DNA of 64,000 nt from Macrostomum hystrix (taxonomy: Eukaryota; Animalia; Platyhelminthes), in contig CATNEN010000039.1 of assembly GCA_950097015.1 (NCBI GenBank), positions 1,922,001 to 1,986,000 of the forward strand, in the 5' to 3' direction. Under the pieces are notes generated by a model. That model was given only the letters and a program-made list of their open reading frames with translations, did not search any database and was not told the origin of the DNA. Shown one piece after another: positions 1 to 12,800 of the stretch. Position 1 is the stretch's first letter, and each line of letters starts with the position of its first letter. The position numbers and the translations under genes were made by a program.

Positions 1-158
1 CTCCGCAAGTCAGTACTTCGCAAACCTCCAACTAAGCCCCGAAATAATCGTGACTTGGAGGGAGGAACGAACCAGCGACCATTGGAAACATTAGCCGCTG
101 ACCCACTCACTCCCATAGGCCAAACCTTATAACTTCTCAAACTATTAGTTACACCAAT

Positions 159-820
159 CTACTCAATTACCCTACCCCTCAGCTCAATTACCCTACCCCT
201 CAGCTCAATCATTCTACCCCTCTGCTCAATCATTCTACCCCTCTGCTCAATCATTCTACCCCTCAGCTCAATCATTCTACCCCTCAGCTCAATCATTCTA
301 CCCCTCAGCTCAATCATTCTACCCCTCAGCTCAATCATTCTACCTCTCAGCTCAATCATTCTACCCATCTGCTCAATCATTCTACCCCTCTGCTCAATCA
401 TTCTATCCCTCTGCTCAATCATTCTACCCCTCTGCTCAATCATTCTACCCCTCTGCTCAATCATTCTACCCCTCTGCTCAATCATTCTACCCCTCTGCTC
501 AATCACTCTACCCCTCTGCTCAATCATTCTACCCCTCTGCTCAATCATTCTACACCTCTGCTCAATCATTCTACCCATCTGCTCAATCATTCTACCCCTC
601 TGCTCAATCATTCTACCCCTCTGCTCAATCATTCTACCCCTCTGCTCAATCATTCTATCCCTCTGCTCAGCAATTCTACCCATCTGCTCAATCATTCTAC
701 CCCTCTGCTTAATTTTCTACCCATCTGCTCAATCACTCTACCCCTGTGTTCAATCATTCTACCCCTCTGCTCAATCATTCTACCCCTCTGCTCAATCATT
801 CTACCCATCTGCTCAATCAC
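159..820. repeat. 21-bp intronic minisatellite (CTCAATCATTCTACCCCTCTG)n
   Basis: About 31 tandem units in an ANKFY1 intron. Confidence 0.95.
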
Positions 821-882
821 TATCGAACAGTCTCACATAACCAATCCGCCTTTGCAGTCATGTGGTGTACAAGCAGGCTCAC

Positions 883-3800
883 CTGGTGATTGAACACAGT
901 CTTGCCGTACTTGTTGATGGCACCCAGGCTGGCTCCAGCTCGCACCAGGGCGGTGCAGAGCCGCACATTGCCCTGCATGTAGGCCAGCAGGAGGGCCGTG
1001 TTACCCTCGGCGTCGGGCAGGTCGATGTTGGTCTGCGGCTCCGCAGCCAGCACGCAGTCAAAGATGCTGGCCGCATTTTCTCGGCCGTACTGAGCCAGCA
1101 GGTGAAGCGGAGTCTGGCCACGAATGTTAGCAACGGACAGGAGTTGCGGGCGCGGCTTATGGTGCTGTTGAAGCAGCAGACGGCAGACTGGCAGGTGGCC
1201 CTCGCGCATTGCAAGGTGCAGCGGCGTCTCGCCGCCATCGTCAGAGCAGTTCACCTCTACGGCTTCGTGGTCGAGCAGAATGCCCGCCAGGTCGCAGTTG
1301 CCTGTTGTTAAGGGTAAACGGCCAGAGTAACTATATGTTTCAGTTAAACAGTCAGATTCCTCGTCATCTACGAGTATTTAGATACAATTTTTATAAAATT
1401 TTTCGTTTCTAACGCTGTAGATTAGCTAAGCTGTTAAGCAAGATAAGCTGTTTCTATCCTGTAGACTGCTTCTAACCCGAATCCCGGTCTGTAGGCTGTT
1501 TCTGACCCGAATCCCGGTCTGTAGGCTGTTTCTAACCCGAATCCCGGTCTGTAGGCTGTTTCTAACCCAAATCCCGGTCTGTAGGCTGTTTCTAACCCAA
1601 ATCCCGGTCTGTAGGCTGTTTCTGACCCGAATCCCGGTCTGTAGACTGTTTCTAACCCGAATCCCGGTCTGTAGGCTGTTTCTAACCCAAATCCCGGTCT
1701 GTAGGCTGTTTCTGACCCGAATCCCGGTCTGTAGGCTGTTTCTAACCTGAATCCTGGTCTGTAGGCTGTTTCTAACCCGAATCCCGGTCTGTAGACTGCT
1801 TCTAACCCGAATCCCGGTCTGTAGGCTGTTTCTGACCCGAATCCCGGTCTGTAGGCTGTTTCTAACCCGAATCCCGGTCTGTAGGCTGTTTCTGACCCGA
1901 ATCCCGGTCTGTATGCTGTTTCTGACCCGAATCCCGGTCTGTAGACTGTTTCTAACCCAAATCCCGGTCTGTAGGCTGTTTCTAACCCAAATCCCGGTCT
2001 GTAGGCTGTTTCTAACCCGAATCCCGGTCTGTAGGCTGTTTCTAACCTGAATCCTGGTCTGTAGGCTGTTTCTAACCCGAATCCCGGTCTGTAGACTGCT
2101 TCTAACCCGAATCCCGGTCTGTAGGCTGTTTCTGACCCGAATCCCGGTCTGTAGGCTGTTTCTAACCCGAATCCCGGTCTGTAGGCTGTTTCTGACCCGA
2201 ATCCCGGTCTGTATGCTGTTTCTGACCCGAATGCCGGTCTGTAGGCTGTTTCTAACCCAAATCCCGGTCTGTAGGCTGTTTCTAACCCGAATCCTGGTCT
2301 GTAGGCTGTTTCTAACCCGAATCCTAGTCTGTAGGCTGTTTCTGACCCGAATCCCGGTCTGTAGGCTATTTCTGACCCGAATCACGGTCTGTAGGCTGTT
2401 TCTAACCCAAATCCCGGTCTGTAGGCTGTTTCTAACCCGAATCCCGGTCTGTAGGCTGTTTCTAACCTGAATCCTGGTCTGTAGGCTGTTTCTAACCCGA
2501 ATCCCGGTCTGTAGACTGCTTCTAACCCGAATCCCGGTCTGTAGGCTGTTTCTGACCCGAATCCCGGTCTGTAGGCTGTTTCTAACCCGAATCCCGGTCT
2601 GTAGGCTGTTTCTGACCCGAATCCCGGTCTGTATGCTGTTTCTGACCCGAATCCCGGTCTGTAGGCTGTTTCTAACCCAAATCCCGGTCTGTAGGCTGTT
2701 TCTAACCCGAATCCTGGTCTGTAGGCTGTTTCTAACCCGAATCCTAGTCTGTAGGCTGTTTCTGACCCGAATCCCGGTCTGTAGGCTATTTCTGACCCGA
2801 ATCACGGTCTGTAGGCTGTTTCTAACCCAAATCCCGGTCTGTAGGCTGTTTCTAACCCGAATCCCGGTCTGTAGGCTGTTTCTGACCCGAATCCCGGTCT
2901 GTAGGCTGTTTCTAACCCGAATACGGTCTGTAGGCTGTTTCTAACCCAAATCGCGTTCTGTAGACTGTTTCTATTCCAAAGTGCTGGCTGTAGGCAGTTT
3001 TTACCAGCAGCGCAGGCCAGATGAAGCGAAGACCGCCGTTGGCCGCTGGTCCGCGCATTGGGATTGGCTCCGGCCAGCAGCAAGTGCCGGGCCACGCTGG
3101 CGGTGGCCTCCACCGAGGGCGCTGCCACGCACAGGTGCAACGGTGTCAGCTCAGTCTGGTCCCGCACACGAGAATTGACATCGGCGTTAATTGAGATGAG
3201 GAACAGGACGCTGTCCAGGTCGGCCTTCAGCACCGCCTTGTGCAGGAAATTGCGGCCCTGCGCAGAGGATGGAGGTCGCAAAAAATTAGAATCCGAAAAA
3301 ACCGATTCACCTGTGAAACTTGCACCTAACTGTTTCCCACTGCCTACTTCCCGAAAGCTGACGATGACCGATTTTCGTGAAAGTCCACTTTTAGTATCAA
3401 CATTTTCTGCTCTTTACGATGAACCAACTTTCAATGCTGTCCGACGTAAGCATCGTATCGTATATAGTCCTGGTGACAAGGACAAGTAACATTGCTCTCA
3501 ATAAATACAACACAAGAAAAAATATAGCCGAGATGATTACAAGATGTCATGTCAACCGATATGTATAGAAAATTAAAAAATAAACGTGCCCTTATTTTAC
3601 CTGATTATCTCGCAGCTCCGGCGCAGTCGGCTCCCTGTCGACAATGGCCTGGGCCACTCGCTGACTTCTGGACTCCATGGCGGCGGCGAAGGGGGTGGCG
3701 CCGCGGGCATTTCGCTGACGCAGGTCCAGGCTCGGGTGGGACAGCAGCAGGCTGATTACGGTCATGTGACCGCCCTGGATGGCCAGGTGAAGCGGCGTGT

Positions 3801-6800
3801 TGCCGTCCGAGTCCTGGGCGTTCACGTCGGCGTTGCGCTCGATGAGGGCGTGCGTGGCACCCTGAGAAATATTTGAGCAGGTAATTTCATCTAGTCTGCT
3901 ACTGTTAGTAGATAGAGAGATGGGACGGGTCTCACCTCCAGTCCCCACTGCGCGCACACATGCAGCGGCGTCTGCTTGTCCTCCGAGCCCCTGGTGGTGA
4001 CGTTGACGTCGGCGCCGCGCCGGATGAGAAAGACGGCGCTGCGCTCCTGACCGCAGTCCAGCAGCTGCTGCAGCAGGGTTCGCTGCTGGCCCGGCTCCGG
4101 ACCCGGCAGCCACGGCGTCACGCTGGCTCCGTGCTCCACCAGGATGGCCGCCATCTCCTCCTGGTTGGCCTCCAGCGCCAAGCCCAGCGGACAGCCGGCC
4201 TCCAGGTTGGCGCCTCGCTGGCAGAGCACCTTCACCACTGCTGGCAGCTGTGCCTTAATGGCCAGGTGGAGGCTGGACTCACCTGAAGGATTGCTGGTAT
4301 AAAAACGGGCGGCAAAATGGCTTGATAGTTCTACTGTTAATGCGTCATACTCAATTTTATCGACCAGTTACTTGTATATACCATAGGGCATCAAAGCATT
4401 TGAGCTCGACGCGAGTCGACGTTCGCCAATCGATGTATCAGTGCACACAGTCCCTAGTAATTGCTATTATTTCTTTATCAATCCGCAACCAGGATGTACA
4501 CTCGATGGCTCATGCTAGCCTATCGATCCATTGCTAGAATGTACTCTCGATGGCTTATACTAGCCTATCGATCCATTGCTAGAATGTACACTCGATGGCT
4601 CATACTAGCCTATCGATCCATTGCTAGAATGTACATTCGATGGCTCATACTAGCCTATCGATCCATTGCTAGAATGTACACTCGATGGCTCATACTAGCC
4701 TATCGATACATTGCTAGAATGTACACTCGATGGCTCATACTAGCCTATCGATCCATTGCTAGAATGTACACTCGATGGCTCATACTAGCCTATCGATCCA
4801 TTGTTAGAATGTACACTCGGTGGCTCATACTAGCCTATCGATCCATTGTTAGAATGTACTCTCGATGGCTCATACTAGCCTATCGATCCATTGTTAGAAT
4901 GTACTCTCGATGGCTTATACTAGCCTATCGATCCATTGCTTGCATGTACAGTGGATGGCTCGTGCTAGCCTATCGTTTTATTACCAGAATGTACACTCGA
5001 TGAGCCATCCTATTTCGGCATTAGTACAAAGCAGCTGTTTAGCAGAACTCACACATAGTGAATGTCAGCTCCATGCTCAATGAGGAACAGGGCAGCCCTA
5101 GCCGAGTGCAGCTGAACGGCCTGCTGCAGCAGACTCAACCCGTCAGCGTTGGCCTCGTTAATGCAGGCCCCCGCCTTCAGGAGCTGATCGGCAACGTCTA
5201 CGAGGCCGTTCCACAGGGCCAGGCTGAATGCCGAGTTGCCTTGAGAGTCGCGCACGCTGAGATCCGAGCCCAGCAGAGCCTGGGAAGAGAAAAGTGCAGG
5301 AAGATGAAGGGACTGATTGCACACTAGCAATGGGGAGTTAGTCTTGCGCACCTGCACAAGTTGTCGGTGGCCGCCGCAGATTGCCAGGTGGATGGCGGTC
5401 TGCATGGTTACATGAGACTCGCCGCTGGGTTGCAGGCAGCCGGTCATCTGGGTGTTGGGATCGGCGCCAGTGGCCAGCAGGGCCTTGGCCAGCGCCACCA
5501 GGCCCAGATTGGCGGCCGTGTGAAGCGGCGTCTCGCCGCGCTCGTTGCGTGCATTGGGCTTGGCGCCCAGCTGGCACAGGTAAACCGCCGCCTGCTCCAG
5601 CCGGTCTCTGGCGCACCTGAGAAACGGGAATGTGATGGCTGCCAATATTTAACGCTATTCCGCATGGCAACGGTTGCTAAGGGCAAGGGCAAACCCACAA
5701 CCGATGCTAAGGGCAACTCTTCCGAAAGAAAACCGTTGCTAAGGAAAACCGATGCTAGGGGAAAGCGTTGCTAACAGAAGCCGTTGCTAAGGCAACCGTT
5801 TCTAAGGGCAGCGTTTTTTAAATAAGTAACAAGAAAGAGTCGAAAGACGAATAGAAAATATTCGAAACTAAACCGAAAGGCTTCTACACGCAACCAAAGA
5901 ACATAATATGCTTCGATTGGGTTGAGATTCGAACTCCTGACTAATTTCTCAAAAAATGTAGACCATACCAAAATGTAGCTTAGCATGCAATAGCGACAGT
6001 TGGCAATGACTAGGTTAGGTTAATCATAAAATCTAGCAAAAGCAAAATAGAAATTGCGGGCAAACCTGTGTAGCAAGCTGTCGCCTAGCAACCCAGCCGC
6101 GGGCGCATCCGGCGAAGCTCCCTTGCGCACCAGTTCGGCGCACATTCGCCTGGCCTCGGCGTCGCCCGGGCCGCCGTCGACTCGACGGAGCGCCAGCCAG
6201 AGCGGCACGCTGCCGCCGGAGTCGGCCAGGTTGGCGTCCAGATCCGGATGGGACAGGAGCAGGCCGAACACGCTGGCATTGCCGCAGGCCACGGCCAGGT
6301 GAAGCGGCGTAGCGCCGTCGGCGTCCTGCGCGTTGACTCGCGCCCCCTTGATGACCAGCTGCTCGGCGATGCCGAATAGGCAGTCGGACACCCTAGCCGA
6401 GCACTGGTGCAGCGGCGTGCGGCGATTTGATGGTGCCTCGCAGTTCACATCGCAGCCGCGAGTGATGAGAAAGCCGGCCGCGAACTCGTCCTCTGATTGG
6501 TTTAGAGTTCACTAAGTTTTTTCACACTTTTCACATTTCTACTATCAGTAGAGTATAGGAATACGAGTCTTATTACCGTCTTTGATAGCCCTGTGCAATA
6601 ATGAGTAGCCTTGCGGATCCCGGCTGTTCAAATTGGCATTGTGACCCAGCAGGTTCTCAGCAATGCCCTCCAGTTTGAGGCTGAGCGCCAGACCCAGTGG
6701 GTGCTCGCCCTTTGAGTCCAGCTGATTCACACTGGATCTGTCCTGTCGGGTGGGAAGGCCGTTCGAGGGTAGGAAGAGGTTATATGGTTCTCTTTGATTG

Positions 6801-9800
6801 GTGTGTACATTAGTGGACAGGAAAGGGGTTAGGGGTCCTCTTTGACTGGTGCGTACATTAGAGGACAGGAAGAGGTTATATGGTTCTCTTTGATTGGTGT
6901 GTACATTAGAGGACAGGAAGAGGTTATATGGTTCTCTTTGATTGGTGTGTACATTAGAGGACAGGAAGAGGTTATATGGTTCTCTTTGATTGGTGTGTAC
7001 ATTAGAGGACAGGAAGAGGTTATATGGTTCTCTTTGACTGGTGTGTACATTAGAGGACAGGAAGAGGTTATATGGTTCTCTTTGATTGGTGTGTACATTA
7101 GAGGATAGGAAAGGGGTTAGAGGGTCCTCTTTGACTGGTGTGTACATTAGAGGATAGGAAAGGGGTTAGAGGGTTCTCTTTGACTGGTGCGTACATTAGA
7201 GGACAGGAAGAGGTTATATGGTTCTCTTTGACTGGTGCGTACATTAGAGGACAGGAAGAGGTTATATGGTTCTCTTTGACTGGTGCGTAAATTAGAGGAT
7301 AGGAAAGGGGTTAGAGGGTTCTCTTTGACAGGTGCGTAAATTAGAGGACAGGAGCGGGTTACACTCTATGATTGGTGTGTAAATCGGAGGGCAGGAAGGA
7401 CTTTCTTACCTGGTTAAAATGCCGACTAAGGTAGAGGAAAACAACATCATCGCGCTTAGATTTGATGGCGGCGTGCAGCGGATATTCCAGCTTGGATTCC
7501 AGCATGTCCAGCAGCAGTGGAGCTGGCATGGCTGAGAAATCCTCCGGCGCAAAGTCTGCCTGCCGAATCGAGAACAGAGAACAGGGATGCTAATCAATCT
7601 ACCACACAAAAATAAGATATTTATAATAGTCGAATAACTTTCATATCCAAGCAATAGTAAGAAAATAATAGAATAAACATTAACATAACATAAACATTAG
7701 GGTGTGGCCTGGGTTAGAAGGAGTTGGCCTTGGGCATGAGTGTACATTAGGGTGTGGCCTGGGTTAGAAGGACTTGGCCTTGGGCATGAGAGTACATTAG
7801 GGTGTGGCCTGGGTTAGAAGGACTTGGCCTCGGGCATGAGTGTACATTAAGGTGTGGCCTGGGCTAGAAGGACTTGGCCTTGGGCATGAGTGTACATTAG
7901 GGTGTGGCCTGGGCTAGAAGGACTTGGCCTTGGGCATGAGTGTACATTAGGGTGTGGCCTGGGCTAGAAGGACTTGGCCTTGGGCATGAGTGTACATTAG
8001 GGTGTGGCCTGGGTTAGAAGGAGTTGGCCTTGGGCATGAGTGTAAATTAGGGTGTGGCCTGGGTTAGAAGGAGTTGGCCTCGGGCATGAGTGTACATTAA
8101 GGTGTGGCCTGGGCTAGAAGGACTTGGCCTTGGGCATGAGTGTACATTAGGGTGTGGCCTGGGTTAGAAGGACTTGGCCTTGGGCATGAGTGTACATTAG
8201 GGTGTGGCCTGGGCTAGAAGGAGTTGGCCTTGGGCATGAGTCTACATTAGGGTGTGGCCTGGGCTAGAAGGAGTTAGCCTTTGGCATGAGTGTACATTAG
8301 GGTGTGGCCTGGGTTAGAAGGACTTGGCCTCGGGCATGAGTGTACATTAAGGTGTGGCCTGGGCTAGAAGGACTTGGCCTTGGGCATGAGTGTACATTAG
8401 GGTGTGGCCTGGGTTAGAAGGACTTGGCCTCGGGCATGAGTGTACATTAAGGTGTGGCCTGGGCTAGAAGGACTTGGCCTTGGGCATGAGTGTACATTAG
8501 GGTGTGGCCTGGGTTAGAAGGAGTTGGCCTTGGGCATGAGTGTACATTAGGGTGTGGCCTGGGCTAGAAGGAGTTGGCCTTGGGCATGAGTGTACATTAG
8601 GGTGTGGCCTGGGCTAGAAGGACTTGGCCTTGGGCATGAGTGTACATTAGGGTGTGGCCTGGGCTAGAAGGAGTTGGCCTTGGGCATGAGTGTACATTAG
8701 GGTGTGGCCTGGGTTAGAAGTACTCGTAGTTGGCCTTGGCGCAAATGCAGTTTGTTTCATACAGCCCGAATTACGGAATACGAGTAGCAAATACCACAAC
8801 AAAGAGCTCAGGCAATGAAAATTACCCAAAAGAAAACAAACGCAGACTTAAAAAGAAAAACTAAAAGCCTAACAAACTTAGCACATTTCTGAGTATTTCA
8901 AAGTCTAACTTCAACCTCGACGAAAAACGCTGAATCAACCAATAGTTTCACGGGGAAAGTTTTTAATAATGCTCTCTAATATAATAATATGTCATGTAAG
9001 TTATGTAAGAGCTAATTAGTACCTGTGCACAGAAATAATGGCGGTCCAATTTTAGAATGATAGCACACGCACAGATTTTGGCGAAATACATACTGGGCTG
9101 AGGAATGGATTGGCGAGTGTTATGGGACTGAGGAATGGATTGGCGAGTGTCATGGATCTGAGGAATGGATTGGCGAGTGTTATGGGACTGAGGAATGGAT
9201 TGGCGAGTGTCATGGGACTGAGGAATGGATTGGCGAGTGTCATGGATCTGAGGAATGGATTGGCGAGTGTTATGGGACTGAGGAATGGATTGGCGAGTGT
9301 CATGGGACTGAGGAATGGATTGGCGAGTGTCATGGAGCTGAGGAATGGATTGGCGAGTGTTATGGAGCTGAGGAATGGATTGGCGAGTGTTATGGAGCTG
9401 AGGAATGGATTGGCGAGTGTTATGGAGCTGAGGAATGGATTGACGAGTGTTATGGAGCTGAGGAATGGATTGGCGAGTGTTATGGATCTGAGGAATGGAT
9501 TGGCGAGTGTTATGGAGCTGAGGAATGGATTGGCGAGTGTTATGGATCTGAGGAATGGATTGGCGAGTGTTATGGAGCTGAGGAATGGATTGGCGAGTGT
9601 TATGGAGCTGAGGAATGGATTGGCGAGTGTCAGGGAGCTGAGGAATGGATTGGCGAGTGTCATGGAGCTGAGGAATGGATTGGCGAGTGTTATGGAGCTG
9701 AGGAATGGATTGGCGAGTGTTATGGAGCTGAGGAATGGATTGGCGAGTGTTATGGGACTGAGGAATGGATTGGCGAGTGTTATGGAGCTGAGGAATGGAT

Positions 9801-12800
9801 TGGCGAGTGTTATGGAGCTGAGGAATGGATTGACGAGTGTTATGGAGCTGAGGAATGGATTGGCGAGTGTTATGGAGCTGAGGAATGGATTGGCGAGTGT
9901 TATGGAGCTGAGGAATGGATTGGCGAGTGTCATGGATCTGAGGAATGGATTGGCGAGTGTCATGGGACTGAGGAATGGATTAGCGAGTGTTATGGGACTG
10001 AGGAATGGATTGGCGAGTGTCATGGGACTGAGGAATGGATTGGCGAGTGTCATGGAGCTGAGGAATGGATTGGCGAGTGTTATGGGACTGAGGAATGGAT
10101 TGGCGAGTGTTATGGATCTGAGGAATGGATTGGCGAGTGTTATGGATCTGAGGAATGGATTGGCGAGTGTTATGGAGCTGAGGAATGGATTGGCGAGTGT
10201 TATGGATCTGAGGAATGGATTGGCGAGTGTTATGGAGCTGAGGAATGGATTGGCGAGTGTTATGGGACTGAGGAATGGATTGGCGAGTGTCATGGAGCTG
10301 AGGAATGGATTGGCGAGTGTCATGGAGCTGAGGAATGGATTGGCGAGTGTCATGGATCTGAGGAATGGATTGGCGAGTGTCATGGATCTGAGGAATGGAT
10401 TGGCGAGTGTTATGGAGCTGAGGAATGGATTGGCGAGTGTTATGGAGCTGAGGAATGGATTGGCGAGTGTTATGGAGCTGAGGAATGGATTGGCGAGTGT
10501 TATGGAGCTGAGGAATGGATTGGCGAGTGTCATGGATCTGAGGAATGGATTGGCGAGTGTCATGGATCTGAGGAATGGATTGGCGAGTGTTATGGAGCTG
10601 AGGAATAGATTGGCGAGTGTTATGGAGCTGAGGAATGGATTGGCGAGTGTTATGGAGCTGAGGAATGGATTGGCGAGTGTCAGGGAGCTGAGGAATGGAT
10701 TGGCGAGTGTCATGGAGCTGAGGAATGGATTGGCGAGTGTTATGGAGCTGAGGAATGGATTGGCGAGTGTTATGGAGCTGAGGAATGGATTGGCGAGTGT
10801 TATGGGACTGAGGAATGGATTGGCGAGTGTTATGGAGCTGAGGAATGGATTGGCGAGTGTTATGGAGCTGAGGAATGGATTGACGAGTGTTATGGAGCTG
10901 AGGAATGGATTGGCGAGTGTCATGGAGCTGAGGAATGGATTGGCGAGTGTTATGGAGCTGAGGAATGGATTGGCGAGTGTCATGGATCTGAGGAATGGAT
11001 TGGCGAGTGTCATGGGACTGAGGAATGGATTAGCGAGTGTTATGGGACTGAGGAATGGATTGGCGAGTGTCATGGGACTGAGGAATGGATTGGCGAGTGT
11101 CATGGAGCTGAGGAATGGATTGGCGAGTGTTATGGGACTGAGGAATGGATTGGCGAGTGTCATGGATCTGAGGAATGGATTGGCGAGTGTCATGGATCTG
11201 AGGAATGGATTGGCGAGTGTCATGGAGCTGAGGAATGGATTGGCGAGTGTTATGGGACTGAGGAATGGATTGGCGAGTGTTATGGGACTGAGGAATGGAT
11301 TGGCGAGTGTCATGGAGCTGAGGAATGGATTGGCGAGTGTTATGGGACTGAGGAATGGATTGGCGAGTGTTATGGAGCTGAGGAATGGATTGGCGAGTGT
11401 CATGGAGCTGAGGAATGGATTGGCGAGTGTTATGGAGCTGAGGAATGGATTGGCGAGTGTCATGGAGCTGAGGAATGGATTGGCGAGTGTTATGGAGCTG
11501 AGGAATGGATTGGCGAGTGTCATGGAGCTGAGGAATGGATTGGCGAGTGTTATGGAGCTGAGGAATGGATTGGCGAGTGTCATGGAGCTGAGGAATGGAT
11601 TGGCGAGTGTTATGGGACTGAGGAATGGATTGGCGAGTGTCATGGATCTGAGGAATGGATTGGCGAGTGTTATGGGACTGAGGAATGGATTGGCGAGTGT
11701 CATGGGACTGAGGAATGGATTGGCGAGTGTCATGGATCTGAGGAATGGATTGGCGAGTGTTATGGGACTGAGGAATGGATTGGCGAGTGTCATGGGACTG
11801 AGGAATGGATTGGCGAGTGTCATGGAGCTGAGGAATGGATTGGCGAGTGTTATGGAGCTGAGGAATGGATTGGCGAGTGTTATGGAGCTGAGGAATGGAT
11901 TGGCGAGTGTTATGGAGCTGAGGAATGGATTGACGAGTGTTATGGAGCTGAGGAATGGATTGGCGAGTGTTATGGATCTGAGGAATGGATTGGCGAGTGT
12001 TATGGAGCTGAGGAATGGATTGGCGAGTGTTATGGATCTGAGGAATGGATTGGCGAGTGTTATGGAGCTGAGGAATGGATTGGCGAGTGTTATGGGACTG
12101 AGGAATGGATTGGCGAGTGTCATGGAGCTGAGGAATGGATTGGCGAGTGTCATGGAGCTGAGGAATGGATTGGCGAGTGTCATGGATCTGAGGAATGGAT
12201 TGGCGAGTGTCATGGATCTGAGGAATGGATTGGCGAGTGTCATGGATCTGAGGAATGGATTGGCGAGTGTTATGGAGCTGAGGAATGGATTGGCGAGTGT
12301 TATGGAGCTGAGGAATGGATTGGCGAGTGTTATGGAGCTGAGGAATGGATTGGCGAGTGTTATGGAGCTGAGGAATGGATTGGCGAGTGTCATGGATCTG
12401 AGGAATGGATTGGCGAGTGTCATGGATCTGAGGAATGGATTGGCGAGTGTTATGGAGCTGAGGAATAGATTGGCGAGTGTTATGGAGCTGAGGAATGGAT
12501 TGGCGAGTGTCAGGGAGCTGAGGAATGGATTGGCGAGTGTCATGGAGCTGAGGAATGGATTGGCGAGTGTTATGGAGCTGAGGAATGGATTGGCGAGTGT
12601 TATGGAGCTGAGGAATGGATTGGCGAGTGTTATGGGACTGAGGAATGGATTGGCGAGTGTTATGGAGCTGAGGAATGGATTGGCGAGTGTTATGGAGCTG
12701 AGGAATGGATTGACGAGTGTTATGGAGCTGAGGAATGGATTGGCGAGTGTTATGGAGCTGAGGAATGGATTGGCGAGTGTTATGGAGCTGAGGAATGGAT